Shown: positions 53,888-63,102 of the stretch, piece by piece
How the letters are laid out: each line of letters opens with the position of its first letter
Position numbering within the stretch: the stretch's first letter is position 1
DNA from: a phage
Length of the DNA: 64,000 nucleotides
Sequence record: NC_111505.1
Strand: one strand, 5' to 3'
Made by a program: the position numbers and the translations under genes
Notes under the pieces: model-generated
What the model saw: only the letters and a program-made list of their open reading frames with translations
Told to the model about the DNA's origin: nothing
The model's database searches: none

Positions 53888-54870
53888 TGCTAAAACTGTG
53901 CACTGCAAAGATTATTGCCGACAGCATTTCCGAGAAAGGTAAGCGTATCACTACTTTTGAGCTAGAATATCCTCGAATTATTCACTCAGAGCTTATGACA
54001 CATCGAATGTTCAGCCGAAACGCTATGTCTTCTCGTGCAGTGCCTGTCAGCAAGATGTTGCAGCAGATTGTGGAGAATCCGGCAATGCCAGTTCGCTTCG
54101 GTGTAAATAAGCGAGGAATGGAAGATGGAGGGGAACACGATCAAAAGATCCGTGTAGAATACACTGACATGGAGATGACTCCTGAAGAGTTTTGGAAAGA
54201 AGCTGCAAAAAACGCCGCTTGGCATGCAGAGAAGTTCGCCCTTGCTGGTTACCATAAGCAAGTATGTAACCGCTTAGTAGAGCCGTTTCAGCGCATGAAA
54301 ACAGTTGTAACAAGCACCGAGTGGAATAATTTTTTCCACCTGCGTTGCTGGCACGATGCGGATCCTACGATTCAGATGTTGGCTAATTGCATGCAGGATG
54401 CTATTATGAATAGCACTCCTGAAATCCTTAAACCGGGTCAATGGCACACCCCATATGTAGAGCATGTTTATTTGGACGGAGAGTTTAACTACGCTGTACG
54501 TGACACAGAAGGAAAGCTCTGCATTCTCGATACTAAAGAAGCTCTGTCTATTAGTGCTAGTTGCTGTGCACAAGTATCTTATCGAAATATTGACAGCACG
54601 TTTGAAAAGGCAGACAGTGTGGCTAAAAAATTGATTGGTGGGGATCGTATTCATGCAAGCCCTTACGAGCACCAGGCAACACCTATGGATCACGATAACG
54701 CAATGGAACGTTTAAACTACTACCTGTCTTCATGTGAAATCACACAGGACAGCTGTGTTTGGCAGGAAGGTGTAACCCATCAAGACCGTGATGGTAAATT
54801 CTGGTCTGCCAACTTTTGTGGGTGGGTTCAGCACAGACAGCTGCTTAATAACCACTTCATGAAAGGTTAA
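53887..54870 (+). CDS. thyX: flavin-dependent thymidylate synthase (ThyX-like)
   Basis: ThyX signature HR-x7-S present as THRMFSRNAMSSR; 327 aa; sits with nucleotide-metabolism genes. Confidence 0.55.
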   Translation: MLKLCTAKIIADSISEKGKRITTFELEYPRIIHSELMTHRMFSRNAMSSRAVPVSKMLQQIVENPAMPVRFGVNKRGMEDGGEHDQKIRVEYTDMEMTPEEFWKEAAKNAAWHAEKFALAGYHKQVCNRLVEPFQRMKTVVTSTEWNNFFHLRCWHDADPTIQMLANCMQDAIMNSTPEILKPGQWHTPYVEHVYLDGEFNYAVRDTEGKLCILDTKEALSISASCCAQVSYRNIDSTFEKADSVAKKLIGGDRIHASPYEHQATPMDHDNAMERLNYYLSSCEITQDSCVWQEGVTHQDRDGKFWSANFCGWVQHRQLLNNHFMKG

Positions 54871-54871
54871 T

Positions 54872-54898
54872 CCTATCACAGCGATAGGTAACTTTTGT
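54872..54898 (+). terminator. rho-independent terminator after thyX
   Basis: Hairpin CCTATC-ACAGC-GATAGG (54872..54888) followed by TAACTTTTGTGTT. Confidence 0.5.
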
Positions 54899-54899
54899 G

Positions 54900-54928
54900 T
54901 TGACTAATAGTATTAGATAATCTATAAT
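54900..54928 (+). promoter_or_regulatory. near-consensus sigma70-type promoter
   Basis: -35 TTGACT (54900..54905), 17-bp spacer, -10 TATAAT (54923..54928). Confidence 0.55.
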
Positions 54929-54956
54929 AATGGCTCACTTTGTTGGTGAGCCAGAA

Positions 54957-55430
54957 ATGGAGACAGATATGAGTAATGTTATGATTCCTAAAAAGACATT
55001 TATTTCAGTTACTTTAGATTTCCTATCTACTGTTCCCGGATTTAACGTTCGCACACGAAACGGTCTCCGAGCTGCACTCTTTGCTGTAGGGTTTGATTTA
55101 AAAAATATTGATGTTCTTCGTGGAAAAAACGTTCGATGCAAAAATAAGCCAACACATTATAGAAAGGCAGATGTATTTGCTGGTGTCATGCGTGCAGACT
55201 TTAGATACCCGCAAATGTATAACGGTGTAGATATTTTAGATGTAGATAAAGCACCCGATGAGGCAATGCTTGTTCAAGATCTTCCCTATGATATCCCTGT
55301 AGAAGATCGTGTTAATGTAAGAAAGTATACAAAACAATCTGAAAAGGCTGAAGATATTCATATTGTTGATGAACCTTTCAATTTTGAAGATCTGCATCGC
55401 CTGGAAAAATTATTCGGTATTGAAAGCTAA
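54957..55430 (+). CDS. hypothetical protein
   Basis: Start moved to ATG 54957 (RBS GGTGAG) because the ORF-track ATG at 54930 lies only 2 nt after the -10 element. Confidence 0.4.
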   Translation: METDMSNVMIPKKTFISVTLDFLSTVPGFNVRTRNGLRAALFAVGFDLKNIDVLRGKNVRCKNKPTHYRKADVFAGVMRADFRYPQMYNGVDILDVDKAPDEAMLVQDLPYDIPVEDRVNVRKYTKQSEKAEDIHIVDEPFNFEDLHRLEKLFGIES

Positions 55431-55440
55431 GGTGGTGAAG

Positions 55441-55671
55441 ATGAGTCATAACTCCAAGTGGAAGGATCTTGGTTTTGCAAGTCGGGCAGAATATGTTGGT
55501 TGGCTTTGGTTCAACGGTCTGACAAACGATATTAAAATGTATGATGATGTTTACTATGACGAGTATACAGGTAAAATTATAAATATCTCTGTAGAAGAGG
55601 ATACCTTTGTCCAGCAAGATACTGATACCTGCCTTGATAAATACGTTGATGAAGTGGAGGAAGCAAATTGA
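55441..55671 (+). CDS. hypothetical protein
   Basis: Start at ATG 55441 (RBS AAGGTGG); the longer ORF from 55363 would overlap the upstream gene. 76 aa. Confidence 0.4.
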   Translation: MSHNSKWKDLGFASRAEYVGWLWFNGLTNDIKMYDDVYYDEYTGKIINISVEEDTFVQQDTDTCLDKYVDEVEEAN

Positions 55672-57983
55672 TCACCAAGGTAATTAAAAGCAACGGATGT
55701 GAAGTGGCATTCGATCCAGAACGTTTAAATAAGGCGGCTATTTTCGGTGACGACGGTAACGGCAATTGGTCACATATTGCACTGGATGCATACAAGCGGC
55801 TGTATGATGGATGTACAACCAAAGAAGTTAACCAAGCTATTATAGACTCTTGTGTTAGCCGTAAAGACGAAGCACATTCCCGTATGGCTGGTCGTGTTCT
55901 TATTGGTCAGATTTATAAAGAGGCTTTTGGAGGGTTTACAAAGATCCCTTCCTTACCATCATTTTACAATACCATGGTTGAGAAAGGGTATTGGGAGGAT
56001 ATGGGTTATAGCTTTACCGAGCTAAACACTTTAGACGCTGTTATTGACCACAGTAAAGATCTCGGTTATGGCTATGCAGTCCTTAAACAGTTTCGAGACA
56101 AATACGGGATCAAGGATACTCTTAAAGACACCCTGTTCGAATCTCCACAGATGATGTTTATGGGGATAGCGATGGCTGTCATGAAAAATATGCCGAAAGA
56201 ACGCCGTATTGACGATGTTGTAAAATTATACACTTATCTGTCAGACTTAAAGATCAATGCCCCGACACCGTACTTAAACGGTCTACGCACAGGTAAGACA
56301 GGGTATGCATCTTGTTGTGTAATAAAAGCTGACGATACAGCAAAATCTATTGGTGTGGCACGTGAAGTTGCATACACAATGACGGTTAACCAAGCAGGTA
56401 TTGGATACTATTTATCATCAAGATCTGCAGGTGATGGTGTTCGTGGTAACACTATTAAACATATGGGCAAGATTCCATATTATAGAGGTATTGATGCTGG
56501 GGTTAAGGAGAACAGACAACAATCACGTGGCGGTTCTGCAACAGTATCATTCCTTGCACTGGACCCGCAGATTGATGAGCTAATCCGTTTGAGAAACCCT
56601 ATGACTGTTGCTTCAAAAAGAATCAACACCATGGACTACTCTATAGGTATTAATAGGTCGTTTATCAACCGTGTGGCTAAGAATTTAGATTGGATGCTTG
56701 TTTCTTATAAGCACGCACCTCAACTGCACGAGGGTATCTTCACCATGTCTATGGAGGAGTTTGATGCAGAGGTTGATCGTATTGCTAAAGATGACAACAT
56801 TCCTAAAACATGGATCCGTGCTAGAGACCTTGCTGTTGAACTGATCACGCAGCGTACCGAGGTTGGCAGGCTGTATGTGTACTGGACAGATGAGATGAAT
56901 AGACATACACCTTTTAAAGATGTAATCTATTCAAGTAATCTGTGTGCAGAGATAGCCCTTCCGACAAAAGGCTATTCAGATATGCGTAATATCTTCAAGT
57001 ACGATGCTGATGATGGTGAGGTTGCATTGTGCTTCCTGTCATCCCTTGTAGCGGGAAGGGTTACCCCAGAGGAGTATGAGGATGTTGCATACTACACTGT
57101 GCTTATGATTGACAATGTTATGGAAATCATGACATATCCGTATGAAAATATGGAGAGCACTGTTAAAAAACGCAGATCCATCGGGGTTGGCCTTACCAAT
57201 ATTGCACATTTTATTGCCAGCCACAAGGTTGCTTACGGGTCTCCTGAAAGTAAACAGCTTGTTCACGATCTTGCAGAGCTTCACAGCTACAGCTTGCATA
57301 AGGCAAGTTTACGATTGGCAAAAGAGCGTGGTGTCTGCGAGTGGATGCATAAAACAAAATACCCAGAGGGTTGGTTACCAATCGACACTTATAACAAAGA
57401 GGTCGATAGTGTGGTGAAAGATCCTTCTCTTAAGCAGGATTGGGAAGGGTTACGTAAAGAAATTATTGAAAACGGTGGACTACGTAATAGCGTTCTTGAA
57501 GCATATATGCCTAATGAAAGCTCCTCGTTGGCAACAAACACAACTAACGGGGTTTATCCTGTCCGTGAGCACATTATCTTTAAAAAGTCGCCACAAGGGC
57601 AGGTGCTGTTTATCGTTCCTGAATATGATGAACTGAAAGAGTATTATACCTCGGCTTGGGACGTTGATACTAACGACATGATTGATATGTATGCTGTGAT
57701 TCAAAAATTCACAGGACAGGCAATCAGTGCTGACCTATATATTGATTACACCAAGTTGAAAGATGGTAAAATTTCAATGAAGGAGCAGCTTGGGTATCTT
57801 ATCCGTGCTACTAAATTCGGGATGAAGACATGGTATTACTTAAACTCTCGGGTTGGTGCTGGTGACTCTTTGACAGAGGAGCTCCACGCGAAGAAACAGG
57901 CTGAAGATGAAACCAGAAAGAACTATCCTTTGATTGCAGATAGTTCAGTTGAAGATCCATATTGCGAAAGTTGTGCACTGTAA
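55668..57983 (+). CDS. nrdA: ribonucleotide reductase class Ia alpha subunit
   Basis: TTG start with RBS GGAGG; N-terminus ITKVIKSNGCEVAFDPERL matches phage NrdA ATP-cone starts; NLCAEIALP active-site block; C-terminal CESCAL. Confidence 0.9.
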   Translation: MITKVIKSNGCEVAFDPERLNKAAIFGDDGNGNWSHIALDAYKRLYDGCTTKEVNQAIIDSCVSRKDEAHSRMAGRVLIGQIYKEAFGGFTKIPSLPSFYNTMVEKGYWEDMGYSFTELNTLDAVIDHSKDLGYGYAVLKQFRDKYGIKDTLKDTLFESPQMMFMGIAMAVMKNMPKERRIDDVVKLYTYLSDLKINAPTPYLNGLRTGKTGYASCCVIKADDTAKSIGVAREVAYTMTVNQAGIGYYLSSRSAGDGVRGNTIKHMGKIPYYRGIDAGVKENRQQSRGGSATVSFLALDPQIDELIRLRNPMTVASKRINTMDYSIGINRSFINRVAKNLDWMLVSYKHAPQLHEGIFTMSMEEFDAEVDRIAKDDNIPKTWIRARDLAVELITQRTEVGRLYVYWTDEMNRHTPFKDVIYSSNLCAEIALPTKGYSDMRNIFKYDADDGEVALCFLSSLVAGRVTPEEYEDVAYYTVLMIDNVMEIMTYPYENMESTVKKRRSIGVGLTNIAHFIASHKVAYGSPESKQLVHDLAELHSYSLHKASLRLAKERGVCEWMHKTKYPEGWLPIDTYNKEVDSVVKDPSLKQDWEGLRKEIIENGGLRNSVLEAYMPNESSSLATNTTNGVYPVREHIIFKKSPQGQVLFIVPEYDELKEYYTSAWDVDTNDMIDMYAVIQKFTGQAISADLYIDYTKLKDGKISMKEQLGYLIRATKFGMKTWYYLNSRVGAGDSLTEELHAKKQAEDETRKNYPLIADSSVEDPYCESCAL

Positions 57984-57992
57984 TTTAAAAAA

Positions 57993-58012
57993 GGGGCTTC
58001 GGCCCCATTTTA
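57993..58012 (+). terminator. short hairpin with U-tract between nrdA and nrdB (possible attenuator)
   Basis: GGGGC-TTCG-GCCCC (57993..58006) followed by ATTTTA; only a 5-bp stem. Confidence 0.35.
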
Positions 58013-58023
58013 GAGGTAGAATA

Positions 58024-59112
58024 ATGGCTGTATTTAATACTGAGAACACTGCTCATAAAACTGGTGATTATCCGCTGTTTCTAGGACAGCAGATGGGGAT
58101 GTACGACTCTATTAACAAAAAGTATCCACAGCTGTTTGAACTATACAAAAAACAAAAAGAACAAGATTGGGCAGAGGACGAAGTAGATTTGTCACAGTCT
58201 ATTTCTGATTTCGTAACATGCTCAAAGTCAACTTACGATGTGATGGTGCAGACACTGATGTGGCAATGGGAGGCAGACAGTGTTGCAGCAAGATCTATCA
58301 TTTGTCTGTTTTCACCATTTATCACCAACAGTGAGCTTTTCACCTTGTTGATGAAGCAGTCTGAGATTGAGGTTCTTCATGCACTAACTTACTCAGAGAT
58401 TGTTAGACAATGCCTTCCTAATGCTCGCGAGATTATAGAAGAGATTCAGGAAAACCAGAACGTGCTGAGCAGATCTGGAGTTATTGTCAAATATATGCAA
58501 GAGCTTGAGGTTATTGGTGCAAAATACCGACTGGATCCTTCCAGTGTTGAAGAAGATGTTGTACGGAAATGTATCCTTAGAGCACTTTTTGCACTTTTAG
58601 CTCTAGAAAGTATTGAGTTTATTGCAAGTTTTGCATGTACGTTCGCAGTAGCTGAGCAAGGTATTTTTGTTCAAGTGGCACAACTTGTTCAAAAAATTAT
58701 GCTTGATGAAATGCTGCACTCGAAAGGTGATTTTGCTATCATCGATATCCTGCTTGATGATCCTGCATGGGAGCAAAGCTTTCTTGAGATTAAGGGTGAG
58801 TTAAAAGAAATTCTTGACGAAGTGCGGACCAAGGAGTACGGTTGGAGTGACTATATTTTCAGCGAAGGAAGAGCGATTATAGGTCTTAATTCACCGTTGC
58901 TTAAAGAATGGGTTGACTATAACTGCTCACCGATTTATGATTATTACGACATCGACAAAGACTTTGTGCCGCCAACAAAGGACCCGCTACCGTTTATGCA
59001 GGTGTGGATGAAACCTTCATTGCAACAGACGGCGAACCAAGAAATGTCGAACACTGACTACCGCGTCAACACAACTGTTAACGACGCTGAAGAAGAAATT
59101 TGGGAGTTTTAA
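58024..59112 (+). CDS. nrdB: ribonucleotide reductase class Ia beta subunit
   Basis: Start at ATG 58024 (RBS GAGGT); 362-aa ferritin-like R2 protein directly after nrdA. Confidence 0.85.
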   Translation: MAVFNTENTAHKTGDYPLFLGQQMGMYDSINKKYPQLFELYKKQKEQDWAEDEVDLSQSISDFVTCSKSTYDVMVQTLMWQWEADSVAARSIICLFSPFITNSELFTLLMKQSEIEVLHALTYSEIVRQCLPNAREIIEEIQENQNVLSRSGVIVKYMQELEVIGAKYRLDPSSVEEDVVRKCILRALFALLALESIEFIASFACTFAVAEQGIFVQVAQLVQKIMLDEMLHSKGDFAIIDILLDDPAWEQSFLEIKGELKEILDEVRTKEYGWSDYIFSEGRAIIGLNSPLLKEWVDYNCSPIYDYYDIDKDFVPPTKDPLPFMQVWMKPSLQQTANQEMSNTDYRVNTTVNDAEEEIWEF

Positions 59113-59115
59113 TAT

Positions 59116-59394
59116 ATGAGCTGCGAAAAATCTTTTTTCATCATCATTTACGGTAAGGATAACTGCCCACATTGTGTAAGAGCAAAAGAATTTGCAGTCA
59201 GTAAAGGCATACCTTTCGTATACAAGACGCTAGGTGAAGGATACACAAAAGAAGAGCTTATCGAGAAGTGTAGCCCATTTGTTCCCAGAACGTTGCCTCA
59301 GATCTTCTTGGAAAGCAACCTTGACAGTATTCACATAGGTGGTGCTGACGATTTCATCTCTTTTGTTAAGAATGGTTTTGGAGAGAAAAAGTGA
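59116..59394 (+). CDS. glutaredoxin-like protein
   Basis: 92-aa ORF with CPHC redox motif (YGKDNCPHCVRAKEF), between nrdB and nrdD. Confidence 0.6.
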   Translation: MSCEKSFFIIIYGKDNCPHCVRAKEFAVSKGIPFVYKTLGEGYTKEELIEKCSPFVPRTLPQIFLESNLDSIHIGGADDFISFVKNGFGEKK

Positions 59395-60551
59395 AAGTTG
59401 TAAAACGGGACGGTAGAGAAGAGTTTTATAACGGAATTAAGGTGATCAAGGCGGCAGAGTCCGCCTTACTTGAGTCTGGACATACTGAAGAAGAAGCTTA
59501 CCGGATTGCCTGTGCGGTTAATGAAGTTGTTGCCAACAATCTGCCAACTGACCAGTGCACGATCTCTGTAAAAAATATCCATATCCTTGTTGAAGATGCT
59601 CTTATGGATATGGGTTTAAAATGTGCAGCCAGAGAATACATCCAGTATAGACAGACAAGAGATAATAACAGAGAGGCAGGTGGAAAACTGCTTGCCGATA
59701 TTAGTGGCTTCTTGGATCGTACTTGTGATGAATTTACAAAAGAAAACGCAAATAAGCCTACTAATCATGTACACACTCATCGTGACCTGCTTGCAGGAAT
59801 CCTTAGCAAACATCTTGCATCAACACAGATCCTGCCAGACCGTGTCTCTGAAGAGCACAACAAAGGCTTCATCCATGTGCATGATCTTGACTACCTGATC
59901 AGTCCGTTAACAAACTGTTGTTTGGTAAATTATCCGGATATGCTGGAAAACGGATTCAACATTGGCAACGCCCATGTCAGTAAGCCGAAGTCAATAGGGG
60001 TTGCAACAACAATCCTTAGCCAAATCTCTAGTGCAGTAGCTAGTGCTCAATATGGCGGTCAGACCATGAGTCATATTGATCATTATTTGGCACAGTATGC
60101 TGAAGCAACTTATGAGAAGAACCTTAAATTTTGTCAGGAACATTGGTTGCCAGATGCTGAGACTGTTGCAATGCAAATGACAGATAAAGACGTGTTTGAT
60201 AGTATGCAAACTTTGCTCTACCAAATCAATACGTTAACTTCTGTCAACGGGCAAACCCCATTCATCACATTAAGTTTAGGGCTGGATACTTCGGTCTTTG
60301 GTAGAATGATTACCAAAAACTACTTGAAAGTTCACAAAATGGGTCTTGGTGAAGAACGGATCACACCTGTGTTCCCTAAAGTGCTGTTCTTCTTAGAGGA
60401 GGGTGTCAACATGAACCCTGGGGATCCTAACTACGATTTGAAACGGTTGGCCCTAGAATGCTCTGCAGAGCGGATTTATCCTGACTTTGTTTCTGTTCCT
60501 CTAAATCGTAAAGTGACAGGTTCAACAGACGGCAAAGTAACAAGCATGGGT
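59391..60551 (+). CDS. nrdD: anaerobic ribonucleotide reductase, exon 1
   Basis: GTG start overlapping the glutaredoxin stop (RBS GGAGAG). Exon ends after ...TSMG at U60551, which pairs with internal guide GCTCATG (60563..60569) to form a 7-bp P1. Confidence 0.8.
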
Positions 60552-61313
60552 AAACTATAACTGCTCATGTAAAATCTATCTAAACGGGGAAACTCCAGAA
60601 CGGACAATCCCGTGCTAAACGTAACAGAACTCCTGACTAAGAGGAGTCCTGAAATGAGAAAACAAATTCGTGATTTTGAAGGTTATGAAATTGACGAGAT
60701 GGGCAATGTTTATTGCACCCGATACGAAAATGAAAGAATTATTCATTCGTGGGAAGAGATAAACACAGGTTACCGTCTTGTCAGGATACGCAAGAACAAA
60801 AAGACTGTTTGCCTAAGGGTTCACAGACTTGTTGCTGAAGCGTTTTTACCAAATCCAGACAATTTACCATATGTTAAGCACAAAGGTGACAACAGGAAAG
60901 ATAACAGCGTATACAACCTTGAGTGGGGAGCTTGCCCAGACAATACTCAAGAAGGATACGACAACAACTGTTATGCTTTTTACACAAGATGTCACGGGGT
61001 GAAAGCCACCCACAAATTAACTGGTGTGGTTATTCACTTTAAGAGTCTGAGATGTTGTGCTGATGTTTTAGGAATAGATAGAAAAAGAATATCTGCTATC
61101 CTGAAACGTGGTGCACCTAATAACTATGATTACGAGTTCTGTTACGAAATGCCTAACGACTAACCGTGATGAATGTAGCGGTGTAGGGTGTAAGCTGATG
61201 ACACTCGAAATGGTAGACACACTAAGTGTGAAGATATAGTCTGATCTGCATGGGGACATGCAGCAGCACGTAAAGGTGCGGGGGTGGCCTTGCGAACCAC
61301 CTTGAACATAATG
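60552..61313 (+). mobile_element. group I intron in nrdD carrying an HNH homing endonuclease ORF
   Basis: 762 nt. 5' region AATCTATCTAAACGGGG...GACAATCCCGTGCTAAA and 3' end ...CATGCAGCAGCACG...GAACATAATG resemble T4 td-type group I introns as recalled; ends in G61313. Exons join in frame (SMG|CRSFL). Confidence 0.7.
60654..61163 (+). CDS. intron-encoded HNH homing endonuclease
   Basis: Start at ATG 60654 with RBS GAGGAG; HNH_3-type motif VHRLVAEAFLPNP...KHKGDNRKDNSVYNLEW. Confidence 0.65.
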   Translation: MRKQIRDFEGYEIDEMGNVYCTRYENERIIHSWEEINTGYRLVRIRKNKKTVCLRVHRLVAEAFLPNPDNLPYVKHKGDNRKDNSVYNLEWGACPDNTQEGYDNNCYAFYTRCHGVKATHKLTGVVIHFKSLRCCADVLGIDRKRISAILKRGAPNNYDYEFCYEMPND

Positions 61314-62276
61314 TGTAGAAGTTTCTTATCGAAATATAGCGACCCTGTAACAGGCGAGGAGAAATACCTTGGCAGATTCAACTTGGGTGTTGTTAGCCTT
61401 AACCTACCAATGATTGCGGCAAAAGCTAAGACGGAAGGTATTGATTTCTTTGCAGTTCTTGACGAATACCTGGATCTTGCATACGAGGCTCACCTTGTAA
61501 GGGTTAACCGTCTAAAAGGAACAAAGGCAGGGCAGAACCCTATCATGTGGTGTGAAGGAGCTCTTGCTCGCCTGGATCCTGAAGAGAGTATCGATAAACT
61601 CTCCTATGACGGGTACGCTTCCATCAGTATTGGGTATATTGGTGTGTATGAAACCTGTCAGATTTTGGGCAGAGAGGGTGACAAGGCTTTAGCTCTTGGA
61701 ATCCTTCAGCACATGAAAGATGCTTGTGAGCGATACAAGAAGGAAAGTGGACTAGCATTTAGCTTGTACGGCACACCTTCTGAGAGTTTATGCTATAAAG
61801 CTGCAACCTGTCTGGATCGTGAATACCCAGAAGTGTTGAAGCACGAGCATGAATACCTCACCAACAGTTTCCATCAGCCAGTATGGATCAATAGCTCGCC
61901 TTTTGATAAGTGGAAGTATGAGGAAGGTTTTGCTATGATCTCCTCTGGTGGCAACATTGGATACATAGAAACACCTAATCTGAAAAACAACCTGGATGCT
62001 TTGGAATCTCTTGTCGATTTCGGGTATAAACACATTATGTATTTTGGTATTAACCAACCTGTGGATAAATGTCTTAAATGTGGATTCTCTGGTGAGTTCA
62101 GTGCAACAGCTAAAGGCTTTGTATGCCCAGAGTGCGGAAACCATGAAGAGGGAACGATCAGTGTGATTAGACGTGTATCCGGGTATCTGTCCAGTCCAAA
62201 CTCCCGCCCTTACAATAAGGGTAAGCAAGCGGAGGTTATAGAACGGGTTAAGCACTACGGAAGTTGTGGTTGCTGA
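61314..62276 (+). CDS. nrdD: anaerobic ribonucleotide reductase, exon 2
   Basis: Begins CRSFLSKYSD... in frame with exon 1; C-terminal zinc site CLKCGFSG...CPECG and glycyl-radical motif RVSGYLS. Confidence 0.8.
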   Translation, partial: CRSFLSKYSDPVTGEEKYLGRFNLGVVSLNLPMIAAKAKTEGIDFFAVLDEYLDLAYEAHLVRVNRLKGTKAGQNPIMWCEGALARLDPEESIDKLSYDGYASISIGYIGVYETCQILGREGDKALALGILQHMKDACERYKKESGLAFSLYGTPSESLCYKAATCLDREYPEVLKHEHEYLTNSFHQPVWINSSPFDKWKYEEGFAMISSGGNIGYIETPNLKNNLDALESLVDFGYKHIMYFGINQPVDKCLKCGFSGEFSATAKGFVCPECGNHEEGTISVIRRVSGYLSSPNSRPYNKGKQAEVIERVKHYGSCGC

Positions 62277-62279
62277 TAC

Positions 62280-62309
62280 TTGACAAAAGTCACAAGGATG
62301 TGGCATATT
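62280..62309 (+). promoter_or_regulatory. candidate sigma70-type promoter
   Basis: -35 TTGACA (62280..62285) with a moderate -10 (CATATT, 62304..62309), 4 nt after the nrdD stop. Confidence 0.4.
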
Positions 62310-62339
62310 GTTGTCACACAGTAAACTAGGAGGTGCAGC

Positions 62340-62456
62340 ATGTCTACAGGTATTTATAAAATTTGCAAGTGTGGTTGTCATTGCAATCTTCGTTGGTGTA
62401 AGGCACTGGACGATTTTATTTGGCATTGTCCTAAATGCGATGCGGAGTATGTATGA
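62340..62456 (+). CDS. small Cys-rich zinc-ribbon-like protein
   Basis: 38-aa ORF (MSTGIYKICKCGCHCNLRWCKALDDFIWHCPKCDAEYV) with strong RBS AGGAGGT; its stop overlaps the nrdG ATG. Too short for the supplied ORF track. Confidence 0.3.
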   Translation: MSTGIYKICKCGCHCNLRWCKALDDFIWHCPKCDAEYV

Positions 62457-62926
62457 ATATTGTCGGGTATACAGAGATATCTTACACCGAGGGACCGGGT
62501 ATTAGGACAGCTTTGTGGGTATCTGGGTGCCCACACGCTTGCCCTGGTTGCTTTAATCAAGCATTTTGGTCAAAAGATAAAGGAAGAGAGTTCACCGAAG
62601 AAGATTTGCAGAAAGTTTTGTCGGACTTAGACAATGAATCTGTATGCGGTATTTCTTTACTTGGTGGAGAGCCTTTGGCTACTTATAATGAGCCAGGTAT
62701 TATTGACCTTATGAGGAGAATTAAGGAAAAGTTTGGTGACAAGAAAACTATTCTTGTGTATACTGGGTTCACATTTGAGCATATCTCTAGTGATGTTCTT
62801 AAACTGGCTGATATCGTCATTGATGGAAAGTATGTAAAAGATTTACCAACCAAGAAACCATTTCGAGGCAGTGATAACCAAAGAATGTTTAAAAAGGTAG
62901 CAGGAGGTTGGGTTCAGGTTGACTAA
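62453..62926 (+). CDS. nrdG: anaerobic ribonucleotide reductase activating protein (radical SAM)
   Basis: Start at ATG 62453; GPGIRTALWVSGCPHACPGCFN matches the NrdG cysteine-cluster region. Confidence 0.75.
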   Translation: MNIVGYTEISYTEGPGIRTALWVSGCPHACPGCFNQAFWSKDKGREFTEEDLQKVLSDLDNESVCGISLLGGEPLATYNEPGIIDLMRRIKEKFGDKKTILVYTGFTFEHISSDVLKLADIVIDGKYVKDLPTKKPFRGSDNQRMFKKVAGGWVQVD

Positions 62927-62929
62927 TTG

Positions 62930-62959
62930 TTGACAAAGTCTTGTTAAGTTGGTTATAAT
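62930..62959 (+). promoter_or_regulatory. sigma70-type promoter
   Basis: -35 TTGACA (62930..62935), 18-bp spacer, -10 TATAAT (62954..62959). Confidence 0.5.
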
Positions 62960-62988
62960 TAGCGTAATGAAAGCAGAGGAGGTGCCCA

Positions 62989-63102
62989 ATGGCTAAAAAG
63001 GCCTTGAAGAAGGCGTACAAAAAAGAGATTGCGCTTGAGCTTAAGAAAAAACACAAGCGTGAAAAGAAACATCATGAGGATGAAGAGGGGGTGCAACAGT
63101 GA
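62989..63102 (+). CDS. small Lys-rich protein
   Basis: 37-aa ORF (MAKKALKKAYKKEIALELKKKHKREKKHHEDEEGVQQ) with RBS AGAGGAGGT; its stop overlaps the next GTG start. Confidence 0.25.
   Translation: MAKKALKKAYKKEIALELKKKHKREKKHHEDEEGVQQ

Noticed and set aside
54930-55430. Start codon at 54930 for the ORF after thyX, and at 55363 for the next ORF.
   Set aside because: ATG 54930 lies 2 nt after the -10 TATAAT of a consensus promoter, and the 55363 start would overlap the upstream gene by 68 nt; internal ATGs at 54957 and 55441 have proper RBSs.
62308-62505. 65-aa ORF 62308..62505 from the six-frame track.
   Set aside because: It overlaps the nrdG start and has no RBS; a different frame holds a 38-codon Cys-rich ORF with a strong RBS and translational coupling to nrdG, which is preferred.
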